From the NCBI RefSeq assembly GCF_000143415.4, contig NW_003314406.1:226499-290498 (forward strand): a DNA stretch of 64,000 nucleotides. The letters run 5' to 3'. This DNA is from Selaginella moellendorffii. Lineage: Eukaryota; Plantae; Lycopodiophyta. A program made the position numbers and the translations under genes. Within the stretch, counting starts at the first letter, position 1. Every line of letters begins with the position of its first letter. The notes under the pieces are model-generated. The model was not told the origin of the DNA and did not search any database. It worked only from the letters and a program-made list of their open reading frames with translations. This document shows positions 26,621 to 38,602 of this stretch, in pieces.

Positions 26621-26860
26621 TGTTATTTTTGAATTCTCGAACTCATTCCTAGGTCTATCATTTTTGTGCGCCGTGTTCTTGGTTCTGCTAAGCGCAGTGA
26701 GCGCTGCTTGTGTAAGCAGCGTTGTGAGCTGTGGTTTATGCGTCTACGAGCGGTTGCGGCATTGTGAGCGCCATTGCGAGCGGCAGTTTATGCGAGTGGC
26801 AGTTTGTGCGAGCGGCGCTACGAGCAGTTGCGGTGGTGCGAGCGGCGCTATGGTACCACT

Positions 26861-27060
26861 AATGGTATGAGGGCTCATGCCATTATTCAAACATGCTATT
26901 GACACCCACGTGAAATTTCACCTACACAAAATTGGCATGAGCCCTCATGCCATTAGTGGTACCACTGATGGCATGAGGGCTCATGCCAATTTTGTGAATG
27001 TGAAATTTCACGTGGGTGTCAATAGCATGTTTGAATAATGGCATGTGGCCTCATGCTATT
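26861..27060. repeat. 200-bp near-perfect palindrome centred on GGTACC (26958-26963), upstream of the transposase ORF
   Basis: Arms 26861-26960 and 26961-27060 are reverse complements with few mismatches. It contains four ATGGCATG-N6-CATGCCAT-type units. Confidence 0.93.
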
Positions 27061-27141
27061 GAGGTTGTTTGGTATGTTATGATTTAGGCCATTCTCCAAT
27101 CATTTTTTGTATGGTCTTAACTTCTTTTCTACACTTTCAGA

Positions 27142-28080
27142 ATGGCCTCCGCAAGTGCAACGCATATTCCCTCTGTAGATCTTAAGAACCGTGCTACATG
27201 GATTCAGGCAAAGGTGTTTCTAAACAACCCCGAGGGGGAGGTGGTAGCTGAGGGCTTAGCCACAGTTGTCGATCCAAGAGATGCGGTTGCTAATCAAGAA
27301 TTGGGCTGGGATGATATTGGAGTTGTGATTTTAGAGGTTGTTGACACAGAAGAAAACAGTCTGACTATTGGAAGCATTGTGCGGTGGAAATTGAGGCACT
27401 TAGTGTTTGAGAATGTGAAGGATTCACAATCAAACACCACTACAACTGATGACAGAACATCTCTTCATGGGAAAAGAAAGTACACCTTCCTAAAGCACAG
27501 CCAAAGGGATCTGAGCAACGAACCGAAAAGGCAGAAAATGGCGATGGAGGTTCAAATGGTCTCGACAGTTGCTTATTGCAAGAGGAGGTGCTGTCAACAT
27601 GCTGATTGGGATGCTATTGAAGAGGAGAGAGCAAGATACAAGACATTGTCCTGGAAGGCAGCTCGCAATTTTGTATATGAGGCATTACGGTCATCTGTTG
27701 ATGCTTCAGAACATCAAGTGGGGGGCATGGTCTTCCAGAGGGGTTTGGTCTGCATAAAGGCATGGAGAATCATTTATGGAGTCCCTCAAACCACATTCTA
27801 CAAAATCAAAACTGAGTTCGAAGAACAAAGGGTTCAACAGGCAGTCCATGGGAACAACAGTACTCACAAAACCAGGGGTCATGTTGTATATGGAGAGGCA
27901 ATCTTCAAGAGGTTTGTCGAGACATGTAGCGAGCAGCAACCACATAAAACCCGCCTTTTGGAAGATGGAACTCGAGACACCCAACGAGTTCTCCCTTCCA
28001 TGTATACCAAGGGGGCCATATTGTGTGTGTGCGCATGCCATCGCTCTTCTTTAGCTTCAGATTCAGCTTGTTCACCTTGA
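27142..28080 (+). pseudogene. N-terminal part of a Sola2-like transposase, truncated before the catalytic DDD core
   Basis: CKRRCC, GLVCIKAWRIIYG, HGN, SEQQPH and VLPSMYTK match my recollection of Sola2-type N-termini. A TTTCAG acceptor precedes the ATG. Only about 190 bp remain before the TIR. Confidence 0.65.
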
Positions 28081-30194
28081 CAATGAGATTTATTATACAA
28101 CCAAATGGACTCAGTCTGGACACAAAGTCACTGCGCTAGTCACCATGCCCCAAATATGTCTAGCCCCTGGACAAAAAACATATAATTTCACGTCATTTTC
28201 AAATACTTGAAAATTTGTACCTAATCCCATTTTACTGAATAAATCCCACTTTAACGAAATAGAGCTTTCTTGCAACATTCATTCTGTTCTGTTGATCATT
28301 GTTTGTGTTAGTTCTGATAGGTTAGGATGTTATCTCATTTGAGTGATACATTTGCAAGCATTTTGCTTGCTAGTCAATGATCTTTTGTGTTCTTTGAGTT
28401 ATCTTTCATAAGTTGTTTAACATACTATCTGCAATCTTCGGTAGTTAAGTTTCATCATTGAGTTTCCTTGATGATATACTTGCTATTGAATTTTGTTAGA
28501 TGGTGATTCTTATGTATACCACTTATGATGATCTTGGTGGTTCCTATACTTTACTACTGGTTTATCAGATGATAACTTACTTGGAATACTTTTGTGTTCC
28601 AATCTAAGATATATTCATTGATAATTAAGTCTCTAAGATATCATTGTCTATGACTTTGATATTGTCCATCTATTGATCTTTGAGTTTGGGCCAGTATAAG
28701 CAGACTGGCTTCGGCACTTCGTGTGCATGCTGAAATCTCTAGTCATGGGGTAGCTACTGTCGACTGGTCACATAACCCGCCTCTTTGTCAATGTTCCTTA
28801 TTCCGTTAAAAGGGCGTGACCGTGTAAACAACTCTAACTGCCTGTTTACAGTAGTCTATCTAAACCTTACTGATGGGTTTGGTTTCTTTACTCAGAAGGG
28901 TTGGGGCCTCTGGCTTCTCTCTCTATATCCCTGTGAGTAGGGGCATATCACACTTTTGTAAGCTAGGTGACACCCAGAGCAGCAAGGGTGGCTATCTTCG
29001 TTGGTCATTTCCTTGTCGGCGACGGCCGGAAGGTGTTTGAGCTGGTAGCGCATCCGCGTTAGACAAAGAGGTTGCCTCCTAACTCATTTAAGTTGGTGCA
29101 TTTCTCACATAGTGTGAATATCGTGAACTTTTTCTGGAGTTGTTTCCTTGGTGGTATTCTAGACTCAAGTGTGCATCGATGAGGACGTCGATCTTCCCTA
29201 GGGGGGGAGAGTGTCGTGAATGTGACTTCGGGTATCGAAAGTTACCTGTCGGCCAATCCTTATAGACACTCTTTCCTTACTACCACAATGGTAGGAGGTC
29301 GATATTGTTGGTTCCCTTTATCAACCCCTCTTGTTCAAGTGTTAGTAAACTGGGCTTAGCACCTGTACTTAGCCAGATGGACATAAGGTAGGAACTCCTA
29401 TGTGTTTCTAGCTGAGCATACTCGGCCTGGCTCTTAGTTCTCTTTTGCTCTGTCTTGCACTGACTTGACAAGAACCCTCGTGTATTGAGATTGGTCCCTC
29501 AATATTGTTGGATGATAGCTTACCATGTCTGCCAAACACCCTCGCTATCATGACCTTTGTGTTAGTTTCATTTCGGTCCCAAATGCTATTTATGGAAAGT
29601 GTCCAGATTTGCTCATTTAGCATATCTACGGAATGTAGAGATCGGCCTGAACACAATGGTGTTCGTCTTGTGTCCAAATTCATAATCTAGGGACATTCCA
29701 TATTTAGTAAGTTTCAAGCTTGTCCCAAAAACTAACTCCTGATACTAAAGGAGGCTTGGGGTGAAAGCCCAAAGCATGTGTTCCTCAAGGGGGGGGGGGG
29801 GGGGGGGGGGACTATAGGGCGTTCCAAATGTATAATAGGGAGTAGGGATAGTGGGTAGGTCGGGCATGGTTGACCAACCTGAGGCATAGTCTAGCTTCCA
29901 CTTGCGTGCTTGTCCTTGTTCTGCATCCGGCTTGGGTTTAAGCCCAAGTTCCATTCCATGCTAGCTGGTGGAGTACCCATGTCCTCGCGTTAGGCCACCG
30001 GTATGCTGAAATAGCGCCAGACTCTGTTTGGCTCCATTTTGCATGCTAATCCTGGCATTGGGATGCTGGTTGCTCTAGGACTGTTCCAAGTCGCTCCGAG
30101 CTCCTGTCCGTTCGCTCCTTGGGCTGTACGCTCGGGAGTTGCTCTGTGGTCCGGTTCTGTCACTCCTTGGCTCGATGCTGGGGAGTTTGGCACC

Positions 30195-30389
30195 TGTAAG
30201 CAACCAAAGGGAACAACTCGAGAGACGATCCATAGGGGTTCAAATATAGAGGGAAAGGGCCCATGAACAAGAGTGCACCCCCTTTTTCAATCGGTTAAGG
30301 GTCTTGGGATATTTGGGGTTAAACGTTTTTGGGTTTGAATAGTACTAGGCTGGGTGACCTCCCGGGAAGTCCAAATTTAGGAGCTTACA
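30195..30389 (+). mobile_element. Cassandra-type solo LTR (5S-derived segment about 30318-30372) in the B 3' LTR
   Basis: TGTAAGC...GCTTACA, perfect TSD GCACC, TAGTACTAGGCTGGGTGACCTCCCGGGAAGTCC. Confidence 0.92.
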
Positions 30390-30849
30390 GCACCGTTCCT
30401 TCGTTTAATGGCCCAAGGCCCTGAACCTCGGATTCCGCACCACATTCCTTTGGACACATGGCATGTGACATGTGGCATCTGTCACGTGGCATAAAGAGGG
30501 TTTAGGTTCTGCTTCGTGGTGTTATCCTATGGTAAATCATATCAAAACCACGTGCGCTACAAGGGTGATTAGGTGGTGAGGAATTTTAAGAATAGGTATA
30601 ATATAGGCAAAGTTAGGACTTTTTATCTTTGTTGTTTAATGCTAGATCATAATATGTCATCCATCCTTGAGCTGCTCTACTCCATTGCTCATATCCCTCC
30701 TTAGGATTAATTAAGGCTAATTGACATGCTAATCCTATACTTAGCTTTAAACCCCACTCATCCTTGAGGCACTCTACTCCATTGCCTTTAAATTAATTAG
30801 GGTTCATTGACTTGTTAATCCCATATTTAGATTGTAAATGAGGTTATGG

Positions 30850-31036
30850 TGTTATGAACTTGAATTTAAACTTACCAGAAAGTTACTTAACCCAGTATTA
30901 TTCAAACTTAAGGATAATTAACCCCAAATAACCTAAAACCTTTAACCAATTGGAAAAGGAAGTGCACTAGGCCCTTTCCCTTTATATTTGAGCTTTTATG
31001 GATCATCTCTCAAATTGTTTTTTTTAGTTGCTTACA
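30850..31036 (-). mobile_element. Old, AT-eroded Cassandra-type LTR
   Basis: Colinear with 11552-11745 (CCAGTATTATTCAAAC, TTGGAAAAGG, GGCCCTTTCCC, GTTGCTTACA). Confidence 0.7.
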
Positions 31037-31654
31037 CTTGGTGCATAAATTGCAAATGTGTGTTAATATGGATTTTAAAGAGATTGAGGTTGTACTTTCT
31101 TTGTTTATGCTATAGAATCCTATGGAAGGCTAAGGGACAGATATTGGTTATGTTAGGAATCTAGAATTAAGATTAGGGGTAATACTTTAGGACCTCAAAG
31201 GGAAAGCTAACTTGGTATATAGTTTGTGGGATGTGTAATGAGTAGCCTAAGGTTTAGTTCCATAATAGGTTTGGAAGAGGAAATATTATTTAGATGTGAG
31301 AGAACATAGGGTTTAGACCAAGGACTTAGACATTTTCTTTACTTTTCCTTTTTGACAAGTGAAATAGAAAGAATATATTATTTGCAGCAGTTGCATATTC
31401 ATAATTAGTTTTAGAAATTTATCATATTTAAAACTAGTAGCCCATGGACTTCAATCTGAATAAGAAAATTGTCTTGAGACTCTAACCAAAAGCATTCTTT
31501 AATATTAACAGAGATGAGAACTATGATCCAAATTTAGGCCCCATAAGAAGGAATCTATTATCTATCTATTCTATCTTTGCAACTAAAGTAAAGAGTTGAA
31601 AACTCTTACTTTGAAGCTCAACTATTTTCAGAATATGGCTTTCCATGCTTTTTC

Positions 31655-32120
31655 TATGGTTATAACCCACCACAAAACAACAAAGATAAAAGTGTCTAGC
31701 CTCACCTAAACTATGATATACTTCTTTACCACCCAACCACACCCAAAGTACCTCAAAAACTCCACCCCACCACCACTGTCATGGGCATCTAGGATAAGTT
31801 AAGTATCCTTAACCCTTAGACATTTGACCGATGTTAACATGTGGTCAAAGCTGGTGCATAACAATTCTTCTTCTAACAAAGTCCTTGTCTAAGGATGAGT
31901 TGCACTAATGGTCAAGGAACTCCGCTCAAGCTTTTGGTTTATCATCCACAACCGTATACATCAAGGAGCTACTAGACCCTTCACTCCAAGATAATATACC
32001 TTTCAATTGATAAACATAAAATAGATGAATCCAATAGAAGCTTGTTAATATAAAGCAAATGAACATCCTCATGAAGGTGGAAATGTCCCAAAGAAGGTGG
32101 TAGAGCTGCAACACTTGGAT
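31655..32120 (-). mobile_element. Decayed family C 3' LTR, PPT and adjacent internal remnant
   Basis: Matches 5100-5480 (GTGGTCAAAGCTGGTGCATAACA ATTCTTC, AAAGTCCTTGTC). Confidence 0.7.
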
Positions 32121-32353
32121 CAATGTAGTACTTACAAAATAGATAGCAATAAAAAGATAAGGATTTTATTGGGAAGAGAGTGTTCACTTGAGAACACAAT
32201 CAGCTTGATTGCGAAAACTAGATTCAATGTGAGAATATCTTCTCCATAATTTCTTATGATTAAGCTATCAATGCCCATGGTTGATAGAGCTTATGAAACT
32301 ATAGTGTAGCTCTTATATTCCTCAACCAAGAGCTCTCTCTCTTTGGTGTATGT

Positions 32354-32354
<1 letters not shown>

Positions 32355-32404
<50 letters not shown>
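32355..32404. repeat. Compound microsatellite (TG)n(AG)n
   Basis: Direct inspection. Confidence 0.95.
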
Positions 32405-32408
<4 letters not shown>

Positions 32409-33399
32409 CAGCTCAAAATGTGCCTGATTGCCTTAAAAAAATTCACTTGATTTAGAGTGTCATTATAATCAAAATTGAAGAATTGCCACCCTTTTGGCAC
32501 ATGATCTATGCTGTCTCTTTGAAGTTTTGAAATTTTTAACCATTAGACCAAAAGTATATTCCTAGCTAAAAAAGGAATATATGATGAGATGCTAGATGAA
32601 AATAGCAGATTTAGATAAGTGAGTATGATATGAGTATGATGATGATGATTCTACAGAAGTTGTCATCTATAAAGGAGAAAACTTGTCACATTCAATCCAT
32701 ACCTATATCAAAATCCTACCTTCTGCATCAAAACTTTTATTCATCAACTATTTGCAGGCATTGGAGCTTCCTTTAGCCTTTCTATAAACCCTTGATAGTC
32801 TTCAAGATGACAGCTATCAAGTTTATATGGCTACCTCTACTCTAGCATAACCTATATTGAGCACATGGAACTTTATAAGTGTAAAATTTCAAGAATTTTG
32901 ACTTATAAATGTAATAATTGTTGGATTCAGTGTGAGAAGATTTCTAGCTGCACATGGGCAAAAATTTCTAGTGAGCAGCACAGCACACATGGGTGAAGAT
33001 TTCTAGTGAGCGGCATAGCCCACATGGGCAAAGATTTCCAGTAGTGGTGTGGGTGTAGCGGTACAGCACACACAGGTGAAGATTTCTGGAGGTGGTGTGG
33101 GTGGTGTTGAGTGGCATGGACTAGGATTGTGTGGTGGCAGGGAGCTAGTAGAGGAGCGGTGCTGCACTAGTGGGCAGCAGTGCACAGTATGGTGGGAGGT
33201 GGGAGGAGTGGTGGTGGGTTTCCTGAGTGTGGTGGTGGGAGGATTGGTTGTGAGAGTGGCAGGATGGCAGAGGAATGTGGCAATGGTGGTAGCAGAAGAC
33301 AATGAAGTTGGTGAGTCTGAGGAAGATAAGGCAAGAGAAGCAGGGGAAGATGATGGCATAGTCGATAAGGATATGGAAGTCGAGCAACTTCTTATGGTG

Positions 33400-34470
33400 C
33401 TAGGTGAAGCTAGATGAAACTCAGGTTCCAATTATGAAGCAGAAGAGGTTATTCAAGCTCAACTTCCAAAGCTATGCAAGTGCTCTTGACAAGCTTTACG
33501 AGCTCAAGATCAAGGCTAAGATACCATGTATGTGGAATGGTTTCTTGAAGCTCTACAAGGAAAAGGGTATGGCTTTACCTGATAGATGGTATATGTGTTT
33601 GGTAACTGCTCAACATCCACATCATCCAATTTCTCACCCTCCAGCTGCTGAAGATCCTTTGGGGCGATGTTTCTCTTTAAGCCATCCAGGTAAGCTATCA
33701 CTCTTGATGTCCTAACTATTTGATGAATTCAACAATGTGTGAGAAAAAGGCATTGACTGGTTCCATGTGCCATTAATGCAAGAGCTTTGTCGTCTTTACA
33801 TGACAGGATCCTCACTACACTATGCTTACATTCCTCCTGAGCTTTAGCATTTGCAAAGTGATAAAAGTTTTTTCCTTTTTGGAGTAGAAAGTCTTGTTTT
33901 CTTATTTCTAGGTGGATGATGCTGTTTCAACTCGAGCAATATTTTCTTCCATACTGGTGATCATGTTGCTCAAGCGAAAATAGGACTTGCCAAAAGTTGT
34001 GGCAGAAACTTCAGTTGGAGGTCTAAGCCTGAGTTTGCGCTCAGAGGCACACAGTACATATATGGCAACAATGGGGTGTTGTTTTTTCTATTTACATCTC
34101 TTTGAAGTGCTTTTCTGGTGATTATACATTCAAGCACCTTGCTAGGGCATATGCCCCTTTGTTGGAGGTACGAGATGAGCCTGTAGCGGTCAACAATGAG
34201 CCCGTAGAAAAAAGTGAAGCGGCACATGTCGACAATGAGATGGACACAGGTGGATCCGACGTGGCAGGAAGAATGGGTTTACGGGCAATGGGACTTCCTG
34301 GGATGCAGGGGCAAGAAAAGGGGTGGGGGGAGCTAGGGCTGGGGGAGGATTCGCTTGACAAGCAAGGGCGATCAAGATCTGAGCACAGCGAGGGCTTTGA
34401 CCTGGTGTGGACTCCAGTAAGCCTCACCCGGGCTTACACCCGTTTTAGAACCACTACACTGGTCTGTTGA
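33400..34470 (+). pseudogene. Possible decayed LINE ORF1/gag-like remnant
   Basis: Broken, intronless, protein-like frames and a degenerate knuckle-like LKCFSGDYTFKH. No TSD or RT found. Confidence 0.3.
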
Positions 34471-35473
34471 TCAGTTTGAAATCAGCTATGGTGGCTGATT
34501 GAGTGATTTGGAGTGTCACTCATATCTATTTTAAGCTGTGGTGGCTTGTTTTTGTGACAAGGGAGGGATGGTGAAGGAGAAGCATAGAAAGCTAAGTATG
34601 TTGAAGAGCTCATCATGCTGAACATATGCTATCTGTGTGTGGCAGAAAAAATAAAAAGCAAACGAAGATGCAACTAGAGGATCAGCTTTGTGGAGCATCA
34701 TCGTGATCCAGGGTTAGGTCATATGAGTACGCCCTGTGTTGGTGATTGTTTACGTTTTCCCCTTATAGTTCCATCAAGCTTTGCTAGATAGAGAGAAAGA
34801 ACATACCTTAAGGAAGCTCCGGGACTCCAGCGAGATATTCTTCACGTTGTTGCATCATCCTAAAGCATAAATTAATTGAAAGGTCTTTGAGGCTTCAGCT
34901 GGCGGCCAGATAAAAATGCGAGATTCATACACAGTAATAATAACAAACGCGTCAACCAATAGCAGCATTGTGAGCAGCAGGAGGAAGATGGTCGTGGAGT
35001 GGTCACACGGAGCAGAGCACTTATTCTGAGGTCCTGCCACAAGATCGCACTGCCCTAATACAGGGACATAAGAAACGACATCACTTTCTAACATGTTGGG
35101 AGATTACCTTTTATCTTTCAGCCGTTGACTAGATTTGACCGTACACCTCAGATACCAAATTCCCTTACAGTTTTCTAGAAAAGGAATGATGATGGTCACG
35201 GATGTAAAATAGGCGACCTCCTCAGTTGTTTGTTGGAGTGTGCTAGACGTTTCTGTAGGTGAATGTCCATTTATATAATGTGTGGAGCATGGTATAAATT
35301 GATTGGCACCTCTGAGACTTGATGGGCACGAATAAACTGTTTTTCCACTCCTGAACCTCTTGTATGCCGAACCTGCAAGCTAAACAACCAGAAAATGAAA
35401 CAAAAGAAACCATTCCCACTCTTTCTTTAATATAAGAATACATTTTCTTAATGCAATGTACCATCATAAAGCT

Positions 35474-38428
35474 TCAATCTATGTCAATATCAGCTAATTC
35501 AATTTCTTCAAGTTTACCAAGGCCTTTCATGTTCTGCACATTCTTACTTTAAAGAGTGTAAAATTTCAGTAGGCTACCTCAAGGTATTGATGAGGCTCGT
35601 CTAAGCTAGTAGAACCCAAAATGACTTCCCGTCTTAATTTTAAAGTTAGCTTGTGCATAGCTTTTAGCTGTTGATCAGAAGGTTTAGTCGTTGCCTTGAA
35701 ATATAAAACACAGACCTCCACTCTAGTTGTACCTCCAATAATAAACACGAAGATTCTTTTGCCTTCAACGTTGGCACTTGATGCCGTCTCACTGACAAAA
35801 CATCTTTAGTCCATCGATTATCATAATCCGACATTTACCTTCCAGGGTTATCATCTGTTGCGTTTTTTGTTGCCCACGTAGACTTCCTTGTACGCATGGA
35901 CTGTGGAACCTTATGACTGGTAGCAGGTGTAGAAGTGTTTGGCATGGATATAGGAACGGGCTCTTTAACAAATGGAAAATCTTCTTTTGATAGCTCTCCC
36001 TTGTGGAGCGCCCAAACGATGTCCTAAAATTCATCAAAGATTTCTAAATAAGCTCTTAACTTGCCTGGCCATTACCTCAATCACGGGATAGAAACGAGAA
36101 AAATCCCAAGTATCAATGTCCTCTTTTTTTACTTTTCTTGATGGTGCCTACCATTGAGAGATCGCCCAAGAAACACAAAATACAAAATATTTTTGGGATA
36201 CCTTACGACTTGATTTGAAAAAGCCGCCAGAGTGTTTATCTAATAGAGGGACACCGAGAAATCGTAGATTGTTAATAATATTCATGTCAGTTTCTCCCAG
36301 TTTAGCTAGCTGCACGAGTTAACCATGAAATTTTAGCAGAAACCAAATAAGAGCGACCTTCATCCACTGTTGACGCTTGATGGCATCCAGTTTATCAGGA
36401 TGTGCACTCGCATATATAAGCAGCAACCGTAGTTTGTTTTCCAGAGACATATCCTGTAGGCAGTAATTTAATAAACAGTAGATCACATGAGAACTAACCG
36501 GCTTGATGTTGAAGAGTCTGACTAGCTCTTTACTTGATCCTCCTCCAAAGGCAAAATCTTGTTCCAGAGCGGCTATGTCGCTAAGCGATTGTTCAGATAT
36601 TTTTTCGTTCAACACGGTTGCAATCTGTGTGGTACATACAGTATATTCAAGTGGCTGAACATAAAAAAAAATTAAGAAAATAGTACCTGAATATGAAGAC
36701 TTAACTTGTCGAGTTGCTCACGAAATTGAGGTAGAGCCTGGACCAGCTTTTGCATGTCTCTTGTCGATATATCCTGACCCTCCCTATTAACGTACACAGT
36801 CATTCATCCAGGTGTCTTCGAGAATATAAACGTACTTTGCACCCAGACGAATTTGTGCCGCCTTATTCTTTGAACCAAACTGATTCATCTTGTCAGTTAA
36901 TTTCAAATTTGCCTGTAGAGCTAGAGAGTTTAGGACAAGACCAGAAGATTTTTTAACAACCTCTGCAATGTGTAGATGACGCAGTTCAACCCAAATTGGA
37001 TCATGCTCTTCAAGAAGCACTTCTTTCCGTTCCAACTTGTCTCCAGTTGTTATCTTCAGAAAAGAAAAGCGCTTCAGGGCGGCAAGAACTATAATCCTCA
37101 CCTCATAAACGTATTTGTTGCCTTCGATGCCTAGAAGATCATGGCACATAGCATCATACGTCCACTCATGTATAAATGGCGCAACCTAAACGACCCATGG
37201 AAAATGGTGGTCCTAACGTTGCATCTTACCGTATCAATACTTCGATCAAGAATTAAGAGGTCGCAAGTTTCGGATTTGGGAAAGTCAGCAAGAGCTGATT
37301 TGTACTTTGCTAATCGTTCTGAAAGTACTGCAGCAACCTTAGCTGAAAGCAAATTACGTGCGGCTGGAAGTTCATCTTCTGAACTTTGAGCTTTAGGGGC
37401 TCCAAATCGCACACTAGGATACTCCTAAAAGTAAAGTCATCAAACAAAATATTAAGAGCATAGACTCGGACTTACTAACCTTTAGGGATACGAAAACAGT
37501 AGCTAGGCGGGTACCTATCGTGTCGATCATTTCTTCATAATCTGAAGAGGTATCGCTATTCTCCCCAAAAAGTTGTTCCAAAGCCATGGCATTAGCAGTT
37601 ACAAATCCCTATATATAAACTTCATTACGTTGACACAAACAATCAGGAAGACCACCTGTGAATCGATGGTTATATACTCCAAGTTCATCTGTTGTCGTGA
37701 CAATGAAAATCCATACAATTAGTTATAAGCTACCTCTTTAAGTGCTGCAAGGCGTTGAATCACTGTTTTCTCGCTTTTGATAATATTGAGGAGATCTGGT
37801 GTAAGAGATGAACTTAAGAAGATGTAAGCCCTGAAACCACCAGTTCTCTCTGAGATCAAGCCAAATCGCTTAAAGATTAGCTGGTCACCTCTTATATAAA
37901 GGAAACTTTCCTGACATATCGCTGATGATTTTGGTAATGCTGGCACACAACCAGTTTTGAAAATGTGGATGCACTTCTCTACAATACCTCTCGTTTGTAG
38001 CTCTTACAAAGTACACCGCTTCAAGAGTTGGCATTGGTTGCCTTTTCTTGTTCAGATCCTCAACCACTGCGAGAAGAAATTTAGTAATGCTTTGCCAGCT
38101 AGAATGTAAGCGCACATGAGATGCCTTCATCGGTTATATCGGCCATCTTACACGAAGATGACATGACTCTGACAGTCAGCTCATCGATGACAAGAACCTG
38201 ATAATGAAGGTACAAATACGAAACTAAACAAAATCAGAAAGAACCTTCCAATCGTTTGGGCTGTCACCACTCTTGACGCTGTGAAGCATCTCCTTTAGCA
38301 GTCCTGAAATACCTCAACAAGTCGACCTGTAAAACATAAATTTCAAACAAAATGTACTCACGCTCCCGTGTTGAATGGCGGAAAGACTTGTAAGGAGCTC
38401 TTGCTGACGATCCACTGCCTTCTGCCAT
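35474..38428 (-). CDS. SEC1: Sec1/Munc18 (SM) family SNARE-interacting protein, SEC1/KEULE-like, with many short introns
   Basis: Spliced peptides [80 protein letters not shown] and FIIGGTT. ATG at 38428 (MAEGSGSS), TGA at 35474-35476. I saw no obvious lesions. Confidence 0.93.
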
Positions 38429-38570
38429 GGAAAGTAAGAGGAAAACCCTAATCTCTTGACACCGACAGCACATAGGAGAATATGTTTTGTTGCCACTTGG
38501 CAATGTCCAACGAGATTTGAAGTGCCGCGGCAGAAATGACGGTGCGATAGAATGTTTAAGAGTGCACACA

Positions 38571-38602
<32 letters not shown>
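38429..38602. promoter_or_regulatory. 174-bp interval between divergent ATGs with a telo-box (AAACCCTAA near 38443) and a (CA)n tract 38565-38599; putative bidirectional promoter
   Basis: Geometry of the two divergent start codons; motifs seen directly. Confidence 0.6.

Larger units (their letters stand above)
17141..28267 (+). mobile_element. TIR DNA transposon F, Sola2-like, defective, carrying a cargo gene
   Basis: Perfect 24-bp TIR AAGCTCTATTTCGTTAAAGTGGGA (17141-17164 and 28244-28267) and 4-bp TSD TCTT. Contains a transposase-like ORF. The same terminus recurs at 63871 with a different flank. Confidence 0.88.
11333..30561 (+). mobile_element. Full-length non-autonomous LTR retrotransposon B (LARD-like): 5' LTR 11333-13085, PBS 13088-13098, PPT 29200-29211, 3' LTR 29212-30561
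   Basis: TG...CA LTR pair and tRNA-iMet-type PBS TGGTATCAGAG. TSD AGTGT/AGGGT (one mismatch) inside a C LTR. The roughly 5 kb of its own internal sequence has no recognisable gag-pol ORF. Confidence 0.88.

Noticed and set aside
30318-30372. 5S rRNA gene
   Set aside because: Only the internal A/C-box part is present, and it sits within a TG...CA LTR with a TSD, so it is Cassandra-derived.
33003-33431. Ser/Thr/Pro-rich and Val/Gly-rich ORFs on both strands
   Set aside because: Low-complexity GGT-rich sequence next to short tandem repeats, with no independent support for a gene.
34560-35460. Possible additional spliced gene downstream of SEC1
   Set aside because: Some splice-like signals are present, but I could not build a coherent reading frame. 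It may be UTR or non-coding.
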